DNA of 64,000 nucleotides from Podarcis gaigeae (Eukaryota): NCBI GenBank assembly GCA_964106915.2, contig OZ066928.1; one strand, 5' to 3'. Shown piece by piece: positions 24,366 to 35,800 of this stretch (position 1 is its first letter; each line of letters starts with the position of its first letter). The notes under the pieces were generated by a model. It saw only the letters and a program-made list of their open reading frames with translations, ran no database searches and was not told where the DNA came from. The position numbers and the translations under genes were made by a program.

Positions 24366-24940
24366 TATCATGGACTGGATGGATGAAGAGGAGGTGAGAG
24401 GCACCAGTTGGGGAAACACCTAGGGAAACCTCAGAGGAGGAAGACTCAGAGCCCTGGGAGTGGTGGCAGGACACTGAAGACTGGTCAGAGGGCAAAGGGG
24501 CAGGGAGGAATGGTTGGAGGCTGAAGAGACAACAGGCTTTTATGAGCAAGAAGAGCCAGGCACAGAAAGCAGTTCAGACTCAGCAGATGAAGCAGAGGAG
24601 GAGGGGACAGAAGCTGCAGCAGCATCACAGGAGCTTCAAGCTTCTACTGTACTAAGCTCCCCTCCCCACTTGTCTCCAAGGACATGGAGGGCTATGCTTG
24701 TAGCAGAAGAAAGAGCACAGATTCCTCACCAGCGTAATTTAAGGCTGCTTGGGAAATGTCTGGCTGAGGAGGAGACAGAGGGAAGTAGATGGTGAAGACC
24801 TTCAGTCCTAGAAATTGTGTTGTAGGGGCCAGTCCTGTCCAGAAGCCTTTCTGTGCTGTATGTTTTCTTGAATAAAGAGCTAACTTTTCTGCTTTTCTCT
24901 GTGTCTTGATTGCTGACCTGCATCTGAACCAGCCCTGAAA
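24366..24940 (+). mobile_element. Solo LTR (Gypsy/ERV-like), 575 bp, 5-bp TSD ACTGG
   Basis: ACTGG at 24361-24365 and 24941-24945; decayed termini TATCA...TGAAA (consensus TGTCA...TGACA); AATAAA at 24871-24876. Confidence 0.75.
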
Positions 24941-25859
24941 ACTGGTGATTTTTGCCTCATATTTTACTTGGGGAAAGTCACTGAAACCCGCTATTTCCCC
25001 ATTAATTATTCCTATATTCCATAATCCACTTTTAATGTTGCCTCCACCTTCAGCTCTAACCATCTGTGGCAGAGAGTCAAAGGATAAGAAAACCAGAGAA
25101 TCAGAACACTGGATAATCGGACAATCATTTGACATATACAAAAGGAACCAGGACCCTTTCAATATGTATTATTAAAGACAGAAAATAAAGCTACTATTGC
25201 AGCCATCACAACCAACTGAGCGGGAACACGCACACGTTTTACACACACATATTTCTCTTTTTTTGGTAGCACATAAACAGTTTGGTCACAATTTTTATAT
25301 GAGTGCTGAACAGAGGAAAGAAAAATGAATATAAAAATTAAGCATACAGAGAAAACCAGAAGTATACAGCTCAATGCCGGAGAGACAACTGGAAAAATTA
25401 TCCTGCAGGGGTAGTGGGGTGGGGGGAGGAAATGAGGTAGGAGCAGGCCACCTCCAACACAGTTCTTGGGAAAGCATGCAAAATTCCCTTCAGAAACTAT
25501 TTTAGTTCAGAAGAGGGACAAATTTTTCTTTTGGCTTTCCATGGATTGACATTTGTTCCAATTCAGCAGTAAATTGTGGGTTTCCCCAGGGAAAGCAGCA
25601 CGACAACCCCCCACCCCAACCTCTCAGAAAGGTGATAATAGATTGACACAAAATACTAGAAAACGTGGGACAAACGAATGTGTGGATCAGCCCTTCAATG
25701 AACTGAATGGTAGTGAACTCTGAGTATAAAGCAAACATTAAAACAATTGAGTTAAATGATAGGGTCTCTACTTAAAATAAGTTTTCTGGTTAAGACAAAT
25801 GCATTCCACAATATTTGGGCTTCCCCTGCTAAACAATTGTTCACATGTTAATTCATGAG

Positions 25860-25912
25860 CTTGGTTTCTGATGCATACACTAATCACTTGGTTTCTGCGC
25901 ATACACTAATCT
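25860..25912. repeat. Tandem duplication of about 27 bp
   Basis: CTTGGTTTCTG(AT/C)GCATACACTAATC occurs twice. Confidence 0.85.
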
Positions 25913-26169
25913 AGCTGCTGTAGTCACGTGTAGCAAGAGACAGAGTATCTTCTTGGAGATGTCACTGTTTATTATACCTAGTAAGAAGGCCTCTTTTGGG
26001 GGGAAATGTACACCTAAACCTCTATTTTAGTTCTACATATATAATTTCCCAAATTCATTTGGCCTGCTTACATAACCACTACATGTGCATGAAAGTCCCC
26101 TCTGTCTCTTGGCATCCCCCTCACATTCTGGATCCATTTTTGTACATATCTTGCTTGGGGTTAGGTACC

Positions 26170-26445
26170 ACCTGTATACAATACAGAATATATTATTATT
26201 ATTCCGTGAACTATATCGCGGCACTGAAACCAGAGTTAGAGTGGGTGTAAGGGGATGCCTGTTGGAGGCATTCAAAACATCAAAAGATGTGAAAGAAGGC
26301 TGCATACTGCCCCCCCTTTAACTTTTATATAAATTGCATGATGCCATGCTTAACACAGGTATAATCTCCTGCCCCAACAATTAAGAATAAAAAGATATAT
26401 TGTCTGCTGTCTGCTGATGATGTGGTGCTCCTATCACTCTTCCGT
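26170..26445 (+). mobile_element. LINE reverse transcriptase fragment (RTE-X-like)
   Basis: LLLFRELYRGTETRVRVGVRGCLLEAFKTSKDVKEGCILPP(fs)FNFYIN...CLLSADDVVLLS corresponds to decayed GVKQGCxLxPxLF and YADD motifs. The clade assignment is tentative. Confidence 0.75.
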
Positions 26446-26499
26446 TTGGAAGCTGACAGCTTTCAGTATATAGAGGGATATGAAGTTAAATCCAAAAGA

Positions 26500-26723
26500 C
26501 AAAGGCCAGGAAGAATAGGTGCATCCTTGGTGACTGCCTAAGGTTAAAAAAAGTTGGCCCCTGACACAGGTGAATGGGAGTGAATTCTAGGTTTGGGGTC
26601 ATTACGGAGGAGGCTCTCGTGCAAGCCATCACCTCTCCGTTCCAAAGGAGATGGCACTATAAGAAGAGTCTTTTCTGCTGACTGTGAAAGGAGAGAATGC
26701 ACTCTTGCAGATATTTGGGGTCC
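26500..26723 (-). mobile_element. Old L2 LINE ORF2 C-terminal fragment
   Basis: With frameshifts, the minus strand gives YLQECIL...LLIVPSP...TRASSVMTPNL...HLFFLAF, a decayed version of the L2 RAFSVxAPxLWNxLP...HLFxxAF motif. Confidence 0.55.
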
Positions 26724-28187
26724 AAGTCATTGTAATTAAACATTGGCTTCTTTCATTTGTTTGGGTGAACTATATCATAGTGTAATCTGCACATCTCATA
26801 TAAACAGGAAAATGCAAAGTCACATTTGTCAGCTGCTAATTTGTCAGCTGCTGTAAAAATAAAAACCCAATTCCTCTTTGTTTTTTCTCCATGAGAAGCA
26901 TCTAGTTTGTTCTACTAGCCAACTATCGTTATTAAAGGAGACATAAAACCTTAACTTCAGCTAGTAATAACTGCAGATTCATTACTTTTGAAGTGCAGTA
27001 AACAGAACAGTATTGCAAAATTTCTTTTGTGCTTAGAATTCTCCTTCGAAGCAGCAACTTGAACAATAAGGAAATTGAAAGGAACAGACCAAGCAAAATA
27101 TTGTAACATAGATTCCTGTGATCTATAACATGTGATAATGTTACGCATATAGCACAGCATCTTCTTACAAATGGTTTACAAATTTGTGTTCCTTTTCTGA
27201 ATGGAAATTTGTATCAGGATGCTGTGAAGAGAACACAATCTCAATCATGCTTATCCTCTTGAGAAATTCTACCCTATAGACAATTCCAGTCTCAGATAAA
27301 TCACATGTTTGATGAATCACTTGTTCCCTAAGCCCAGAGGCAAGTAAATTAAGCTTTGAACCTTTTGGAGTTTAAGCAATAATGGTTCTTGTTCATCAAC
27401 AGGAAGTGCTGAAAACAATGGTTTGAGAAAGGGAATTAAAGGCTGCATGAAAGCATAGTTGTTATTTTTATTGGCGTTTAGTTTTCCATTTATGAGATAT
27501 GCTACATCTATTATATAGCTGTCCCAAGAATTTGGTCCTGCTAGTAAAAGCCAGCGGGAACCTTCCAGGCTGCTCTTATATTAATGAAGTTTGCCCTGAA
27601 CACTGACACTCTGCGGTCAACCATTTGTTAATATTGATTTTGTCAGACTTTAACAATGACATATTGGTTACTTATGGTTGTTGGGGCCACTTTAAAGGAG
27701 CAGTCCGGGCTGTTGTTTTGTCTTTAAACAATACTGGATTAATTTGGGATAGATGTTTAATTCAACAAAACCATCACTGAACAGCTTCAATTAACAAGGG
27801 GTCACAGCATGGGCAGGAAAGGTTAACCTGGCATTTCAATGGTCTGACTGGCATCCAAACAGTTGACATTCAAGGTCCTGCACAAATAAGGCAAGGCTTT
27901 CACACAAAGATTCAGTTTGTAGTTATCGACAGAAACTGGCCAGCTCAACAAGGTGCCTTCTGGATGTTGTGGACCCTGACTTTCATTAGAATCAGCCAGA
28001 ATGGCCAGTGGGATGACAACTGTAGCACCAGGTTGGCTACTCCTGCCATAAGGTAGCTAGCCATGAGTTCACTGCATTCATATATTACAAACCAGTAGTT
28101 TCCTTCTAACAAATGGCTTTAATTTTTTAAAACTTCTTTACTGAACTACAAATGTAATTTGTGAACACTAGAGAAACACGGTAAGTA

Positions 28188-28809
28188 CAGAATGATTCAA
28201 AATGAAGTATACAGTTTCCAGATGCTGTAAGACACTAAAAGGCAATGACATGGACCACAACTGTGAACCGTGAGGCAGATGTACTCATAAAGTTTGTGTT
28301 CTGCTACTGAGGGAAATGACGCAGGTGATAGTGCACGTGTCATGTGACAGGTCAGGCAAAATGGCTGCGTCTGCAATGGAGAAGGCGTTTTGTGTTCTTG
28401 AATTGAGCAAAACGGAATCTGTAACTGTTGTGCAGTTTAGATCGCAATTTGGGGAAAAAACCTCCAAGCAGAAAATGTATCCACGATTGTCATAAAAAAA
28501 CTGAAACTACGGGCTGTTTGTGCAAACAGAAGTCCTGGACGACCGTGTACATCAGAAGAAGTCGTCAATAGTTTTTGCACCGCCATTCAATGAAGCCCAG
28601 GAAAATCAACATGTAGGGTGAGTTGCGTTTGGGTAGAAGTGGATTACTGGTTCGATGTGTGCCATATGACAAAGGGTGCACACATAGAACATCTGTGACT
28701 GTTTCTAAAAAAAACCTTTAAACATTCCTCTACAGGTAACATAATATATATTACATTCTTCTTTTTTTATAGTGTGTTTAAACTGTATGCTTCATTATGA
28801 ATCACCCTG
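28188..28809 (+). mobile_element. Internally deleted Tc1/mariner transposon (DUF4817 HTH-type transposase relic), 622 bp
   Basis: TIRs of about 30 bp, CAGAATGATTCAAAATGAAGTATACAGTTT and AAACTGTATGCTTCATTATGAATCACCCTG; TA TSDs; frameshifted ORF from 28361: MAASAMEKAFCVLELSKTESVTVVQFRSQFG..KPPSRKCI..ETTGCLCK..PGRP..SPGKST..VWVEVDYWFDVCHMTKGAHIEHL* (stop 28696-28698). Confidence 0.88.
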
Positions 28810-29173
28810 TATTTTTTGCAGCAGGGCTGGGAAACCTTCCAGAGCTGCATGATAGTGGTGGGCATGACTCAGTGGGCAGAGTAATGGATGCAACTTTGTA
28901 TAATAGGCTACATTACAGCCACAAAGAATTCAGAGCTTTCTATAAACAAGCATCTCCACATACCCCGCTCCACCCAGGCAAGTCCCATCACCACAATTCA
29001 AAGACACATTCTATCCAGGCAACAGCACCTGAGGGCTGCTGTTCTGTCAGAGCAGGACCAGTGAACAGTCTCGTCTGGGGATAGTCCTGAAGGCCAGAAA
29101 GAGAAGCCCAGAGGGCTGCATTATGCACCGTGGCCTAAGACCACTACATCTGTTTCAGAGGGAATGATGATTA

Positions 29174-29427
29174 CAGTGGTACCTCTAGATACGAACTGGA
29201 TTCATTCTGGAGCCCCATTCGCATCTAGAAGCAAATGTAACTAGCGATGGCACGTCTGCGCATGCACACTTTGCTTTTCGCTGCTTCTGCGCATGACGTC
29301 ATTTTGAGCGTCTGAGCATGCGCAAACGGCGAAATCCGGAAGTAACGCGCTCCGTTACTTCCGGGTTGCCACGAAGCGCAACTTGAACATGCTCAACTCA
29401 AAGCATATTCAACCCGAGGTATGACTG
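29174..29427. mobile_element. Tc1/mariner MITE (related inverted copy at 52839-53050)
   Basis: TA|CAGTGGTACCTC...GAGGTATGACTG|TA; internal palindrome CCGGAAGTAACG..CGTTACTTCCGG. Confidence 0.85.
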
Positions 29428-30532
29428 TATTATATATACACACACACACAAAGAGAGAGAGAGAGAGAGAATAATAATAATTTGAATGAGAAGCCAAAAA
29501 TTTCAACAAGCTGCAAAAGCAACAAACAATTCATGAAACCACAGGTATAAGGAACCTATGACCCTCCAATTGTTGCCAGTCTACAGCTTCAATCACCCAC
29601 TTCTTTGCTACCAGTATCAATGACCAGGCTGGCTGGGGCCGAAGGGAACTGGAGTCCAAAAACAACTGAAAGCCACAGGTTTCCGGATCTTCTTTTAAAA
29701 AGCAGTCAATGCTGGGGCTTAACAGATTTCATCTGGAAAGGCTACATATAATCTCCACAGGCCCACGTATTGGCTCCATCAGGATTATTTGTGCTTTGTA
29801 GCCTAGACTTCAGATACAAACAAAATGAACCCAAACGCATGAGATTTATGGGGTGGCAGGTTTTGCAATTTCACAAATTGTCAGTGAATTGTAATTTCTC
29901 AAAGATGAATAGTGATCAATCAAATGAACCCTGCAAAATCACTTACCATCGGTAGCAAGCAACTACTGGGGTACAGCCAAGTTCTACTAATATGAAATTT
30001 CCTCAGATAGTATCATAAACATTGGAAAGGTCACCAATATCCTTTCCTTTTTGGAAAAATGTACAGTTCCCTTACCTTGAACTGTTTTCCCACATTGAAA
30101 TGCCTGACCAGAATAGAGCCAGGAGTTTTTCATAGGTACACTTTGAGATTCTCCTTGTTCACAAGCCGAGAGGCGCTTAAGAGCTATGGAGTTTAAGAAT
30201 GGGGAAATAACACCTCTCAAGCCCTCTAGTCACCACCAGCCAGCCTGCTGCTTAATATACCTATAGTGAGAACTCATGCCAATTAAACACATGGGTCAAG
30301 AATTTTAACTATAACAACAATTACCAACTGATCAAAGATTGTCATGGCATCTAAGATTATTCTGTAATTTAAATATGACTGAAGCATACATATTCATGCC
30401 AAAGATATGGTTTCCATTCTCAGAGAGATCTAGAAGAGTTTCCCCAGAAAGGAAATATACAGAAAAGAAAAACATCTCAAACCATCTCCGTATCTCTGCT
30501 TTCTAATTGGAAGCTTTGTGCAGGGTTTTATC

Positions 30533-30748
30533 CAGAGCCCTGCTGGACAATCCCATCAGCCCATCTAGTCTGGTATTCCATACTCACGGGGGTCAAGCCC
30601 AATGTTTATGAGGAGCCCACAAATAGGAGCTGTGTGCAACAGCAACTCTTCCCACTTGCAAATTTTAGCAACTGGTATTCAGAGGTATGCTGCCTCTGAC
30701 AGTGGAAGCAGAACATAGCTATTGTGGTCATTAGCCATTGATAGTCTT
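30533..30748 (-). mobile_element. CR1 LINE 3' end fragment
   Basis: AGAGCCCTGCTGGA...CCCATCTAGTCTGGTATTC...TAGCCATTGATAG is the reverse complement of a squamate CR1-type 3' UTR; a similar relic lies at about 7838-7938. Confidence 0.6.
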
Positions 30749-31373
30749 AACCTCACTTTTATCCTGTTGTTGATTTTTATTGTATAATTGTCATGTTTAG
30801 AATGTATTGTATGATGTCTACACTTTTTTTTTAAAATAAGGTGTCTAGTAAGTGTAAGTATGAAAGACATTAAAGTTGAGTTTGAAAAGAGGGCCAGGTG
30901 GGCAAAGGGACAATCATCCAGAGAGGTTGTTGCATGCGATCTGCGGCAAACTGGAAGTCCACAGCCCACAAATTTTCACTGTAATCACTGCAATACAAAT
31001 CAAAGTATTGCTGCTACAGATCAACACTGATCATCCAGGAAAGTAGGTATGAACTACGAACCTAAGGATTCAAAAAGCTTGGTACTTTCTTCAGTAACTC
31101 TTTCCCGCTTATTCTCAACCAAGTGCCTTTCAAAGACAGACAGATAAGGGAAACATTTTCCAGAACTGTACATTTTTTCAGTATGACAAATGTGCACTTA
31201 GAAGCATTGCTAACATAGTTCCATGCCTAAGGTTAATGTCAGTGTGCGAGGTGTGGAAATCAGTTAACAGTTTGAAATTGGTCCCAGAATTTGCATGACA
31301 AAGCAGGCAGCCACTAACATGCAATCTGAAGTACATTAAAAGCCAGCTGACTTCACATAGGGGCACAATGAAT

Positions 31374-31490
31374 AAGTAAAGGACCCCTGAACAGTTAAGT
31401 CCAACAAAAGACAACTATGGGGTGTAGCACTCATCTCACTTCAGGCAGAGGAGCCAGTGTTTATCCACAGACAGCTTTCTGGGTCATGTG
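31374..31490 (-). mobile_element. Sauria SINE, 5'-truncated
   Basis: Aligns by eye to the tail half of the copy at 54263 (GGACCCCTG.ACAGTTAAGTCCA...CAGCTTTCTGGGTCATGTG). Confidence 0.8.
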
Positions 31491-31818
31491 AAACAGCGCA
31501 GCTGGGGGTGGGTCGCACTGGGCACCACTCACTTAGGATGGGATAAGAACCTAAAACACATATAGTCTATCATGCAAGCAATGCAATAATTCTTTCTACA
31601 GAAATTGTGTAGCAACTTGTACATAGTTGTAACAGGTAAATCTCATCCCCTGGGTCTGGACCAATAAGCAGGTTCTCTCAAGTTTTGAGACTACTGCTTC
31701 CCCTAGGGGCAGGAGTAGTTAAAAACAGCCCTCTGGGCAAATTTGAAGGATAATTATGTTGCACTTCCAGGAAAATGAAGGGCATGTGGGTATGCAGGGA
31801 AAAACAGAGAGTTGAAAA

Positions 31819-31819
<1 letters not shown>

Positions 31820-31856
<37 letters not shown>
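31820..31856. repeat. (TG)n(AG)n compound microsatellite upstream of the ANGPTL2 promoter; (CACACAGA)n at about 32009-32049
   Basis: Seen directly. Confidence 0.9.
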
Positions 31857-31858
<2 letters not shown>

Positions 31859-32249
31859 GAATGCATGGGGGTGGGATGAGGGAGAAAGCACAGACATCCA
31901 GCCCAATTACAATGAAAATAGTGAATGCTTAGCCATTAATCTCATTTCTAGGTATTATAATGCAAGTTCTACACTCAATTATAAAGAATGAGTCACAGTT
32001 ATTCAGATCACACACACACACAGACACACAGACACACAGACACACACACCACCCACTTTTATTTTTTAGGTGGGGGGTTAGTTAAAAATCTATTACATAA
32101 TTCCAGAGAACTACACCCTGCCTTGAACAGAAGCGGCTAAAGCTGTATGAAGCATTCATATCTAAAGCCGTCTGTAGCTTTTCAGCATTGCTCTCTGACA
32201 AAGTCCAGGGAGGCAGTCTCCTGCACATTTAGATTTCTCCAAGCTGTGG

Positions 32250-32290
32250 AGAGCTGTGACATCACCGGGTAAAAGTTTGGCTTCAGCCAG
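32250..32290 (+). promoter_or_regulatory. Putative ANGPTL2 core promoter: ATF/CRE-like TGACATCA (32257-32264) and TATA-like GTAAAAG
   Basis: Both motifs lie directly upstream of the putative exon 1. Mammalian ANGPTL2 is known to be regulated through an ATF/CREB-type site. The TSS position is inferred. Confidence 0.55.
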
Positions 32291-32299
32291 CCCTCTACT

Positions 32300-32886
32300 G
32301 TTTGTGGTTAAGGGGAGGCCCTGAATGTGTCTCTTGCTGGTGGATCCCTTGCCCTTGTGGGAGGGGGAAGCGGAGCTTATCCAACCAGAACTTGTCTGCT
32401 TACCGCATGCTTGATTATCTCCCCCCCCCCCTCCTCCAGCATGTAAATCCACCACAAAGAAGCTGAAGTTCAAATAGGGCTGTTTTAGCTTCGCTTGAAA
32501 TGATGGATTGAAAGCTTCAAAACTGAAATGCAAAGAGGCAGAGCTCCTGAAAAGCAAGTCGGTGCTGCAGCCTATTGTCCCTGAGTGTCCATAGCATGGG
32601 GACCGACGGCTTTGATTCAGCAAGCAAGTTAAAGGAACAAGAATTTAAACAATAAGGAAGTAACAGGACTGCAATAGTCTTCTTATGTTATCCGTCCAAG
32701 CACAGTACCAAATGCATGAAGCTTTTCATGCAACAGAAACTAGATAACCCTCATCGCGAATGAATGCATTTATTTTGCTGCAATCAGTGATGTCACTATT
32801 TCTCTGGATGATCTAGTCAGTGAATCTTTTATTGTTATCTTTAAAGCAAGTCTCAAGATTGAAGAGAGAAACCAGAAGGAAACAGG
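32300..32886 (+). other. ANGPTL2: Putative ANGPTL2 non-coding exon 1 (5' UTR); start approximate
   Basis: Ends at a strong donor, CAGG|GTAAGA (GT at 32887-32888). The stretches GGATCCCTTGCCCTTGTGGGAGGGGGAAGCG and GCATGTAAATCCACCACAAAGAAGCTGAAGTTCAAATAGGGCTG resemble the human ANGPTL2 5' UTR as I recall it. ANGPTL2 is known to have a non-coding first exon. Confidence 0.65.
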
Positions 32887-35800
32887 GTAAGAATTTGAGA
32901 TGTGTCACATTTAACATATATTTATATTTTCAGTGCTAGCTGCAAAGTCATTTCAAAAGTGCTCTTGATTTAGAAGAACAATGCCAGATTTTTGATAAGG
33001 CTGATAAATTTGAGTTAGAAATCTTAAAATGTGGTTTTCTTATTAAAATGAATTCATCTAAACATTGAAATGTTACTAGATATGCATAGACTTTTAAAAA
33101 AATATCAAAATGAATGTTTGTTAATTTAGTTGATGTGCCAAAGTTCTAAGCATTTCTTAAAGTAAAATCAGCAACAACCAGTCCATCACAATATTGATTG
33201 TTTATGTGCAAAATAATTTTTCCTTCCTAAATATAACACAGCAAAATCCTCTACACTTTGTGTCACTTATTTGAAAGGACTATTGTATTACAACCCAGGA
33301 AGCTGGTCTTTACTTTCCTTTGACGCACTGATCAAAGATACAGAAAGTTCCTCTAAGTAGCAGCTCCTAGAATATCACAGTGTTTGCATGTTTAAGTGAA
33401 AACTCATTTTTTAAAAAGTCCAAGCTAAGTAGAGCTGGGAATAGTCCTTGCAACAGCTTTTGCAATAGATGCCAAGTGGGAAATCTGAAGCAAGCAAGAT
33501 ATGATCAAACAGTGTTGGAAAGCTCTTATTTTGCAAAGTTCTTAACACATGAAACAGAAAGCAGAAAATGTTAACACATCTTTCAGCATGGATAGGCTTA
33601 AAAGAAAATAAAGTGAGGCCACTGTTAAAGGGGAGTAAGAACAAATGTAACATTTGGGTTTAGCTTTCTAACATTTCTAACAAAATGCTGATAACTTCCT
33701 GCTTATCTCAGAAACAAAGGTTGCAGGGGCAGTTATAGGGCCTGCCATCTTTTGTCAGCGATCCCAAAGAGGAAGCATACAAAGTTTGGGATAGGTAATC
33801 CTTTAAAGTTTCTGAAGGCATTCGGTACCATTTCAAAACAATACCCTTGCAGAATTAATCAATGATCCCTGTCTTTTGGGGCATCTATACGACTCCTCAG
33901 CAAGTGGGAAATGAGCTGGAGGAGCTTTCAACCAAATGAAGGGGGCTGCATTTACCTGCATAGTTTAAATTGCACAGAAAAACAGGACTGCTTCTGCCAC
34001 ACAGGGGTTCAGTAACAAAGTGTGTGTGTCTGTTTGGGGGTTAATTATTTTGGATAATTAACTGCCAGACCATGTTTCACATTTGAGGAGTACGATATGC
34101 TTGTTATAGTTAACATTAAAAAATATCTATCTGTCTACTCCTTACAATATCCAACACAATGAAGTGGCCTCATATAATTATTTTTCTCCTGTCTTAAGAG
34201 GAGTGTTTCCACATACTCTACAGCAAGTTCCATCTAGAACTTTGTCTTGCAAAAATCTTATTTGGCTCTTGAGCCCTTCTGCTTTTATGCACACTGGACT
34301 GTGAAATGCATGAGTACCTGGGAGATTAACCCCTGTTGAATTTTTTTACAAGAACCCAGTCTACATGGAATTAGGGTGACAACAAAGGCTGTGTCAGGAT
34401 GGGAGAGAAAATGATTTTAAAAAGTCATTAAAAGTACCTCACATGATTTTTCATTCCTTAAATATTTAATTTGAGCTCCAGCAGAACAAAACAATACTCA
34501 GCACTTATCGACAGGGTACTTATATTCATCTGTGCTGGGAGTGTCTGCATATAGTAAGATTCTGGGATGAGGTACTTAAGGAGGTCAACACCACAACTAG
34601 GCAAACAGTTGCTAAAAAAAACTTAGTCAGCTATTTACACTGTTTGAGCCTGGGGTAGCATTGTATTTAAGAATTTTATTAGATTCATGTTACTTGCTGT
34701 CAGATTTGTGATAACAAAACTGTGGTAGAACAATACAACTCTATTCATATATCTCTGGTACAGTATTTTTTGGCAAATTGCCATTGTGGATGGAGAAACT
34801 TACTAATGAAATCCAAGTCATCAATGGAGAGCAAACCAGGTGCCTTTTTTCCTTTCTTTTTTTTTCTTCCAAGAAAGCAGCAATGCTATTTTTCATACTA
34901 ATAAGACTGAAAGTACAAGGAACTAGTCCAATATAGCAATGTGGAATACAATTACTCAAATGTCTAGGGATTTATAATATGTTAATACTGTCTTAAGTCC
35001 CTCTCTTTGATGAATATGATATGAGTGATTATCTTCTATATTATTATTAGAAGAATAATCCAATTTAAACTTCAGCTATATATGAAGCAACTGTAAAGAA
35101 AAGAGCTCTTGTGATCATGTACAGAGTGACCTTTCCTCTCTACCAGCTATGTGCACCTGCTAGCACATTTCTATCATTAAGAAGCAGAGCTCTATGCCAA
35201 AGTGGATGATTTAAAGACTTTCCCCTGTAGCCCTTTGTTTAGAAGCAAAGCACTCTATAGTTTGGGTGCAAACTGCTTTATAGCTCACAGGCTCCAAATA
35301 TTTTACATAAGCATCTATTACTGAGTCATCTATGGTTCCAAACTTTCACCAGGATAGCAAACATTCAGAAAGCTCCCTGAATTTGCACCATTCATATTGC
35401 TAGCTGATCAAAGTCTACCGACACAAACAAAATACTTCAGTGGTCTTCTGGTGGTGGCCCCTAACCCAACATCTAGGAACTCTCACTATAACAAAATGCC
35501 AAGGCCAATGTTGCTTAGGGGAAATGGGAAAGAAGGAGAATGTGAAATAGTCTGACAACTTACAGTATCTACAATAAGATGGGAAACTAGTTAGAGTATC
35601 TATAATTAGAATACTTTTGTCACAATTACAACTTCTACAAAATTAAGATTAGATATCAAACCAGTTTTTTCTACATTCTAGCTATGACAGAATGTATTAT
35701 AAAATAAGTAGCAACTTTATATAACTACAAATGAACTAGCACCTAGCGGTTGGGTGTCCGGCATAATTTAACTGACTGCTGTCACTGTGTGATTTTTTTT

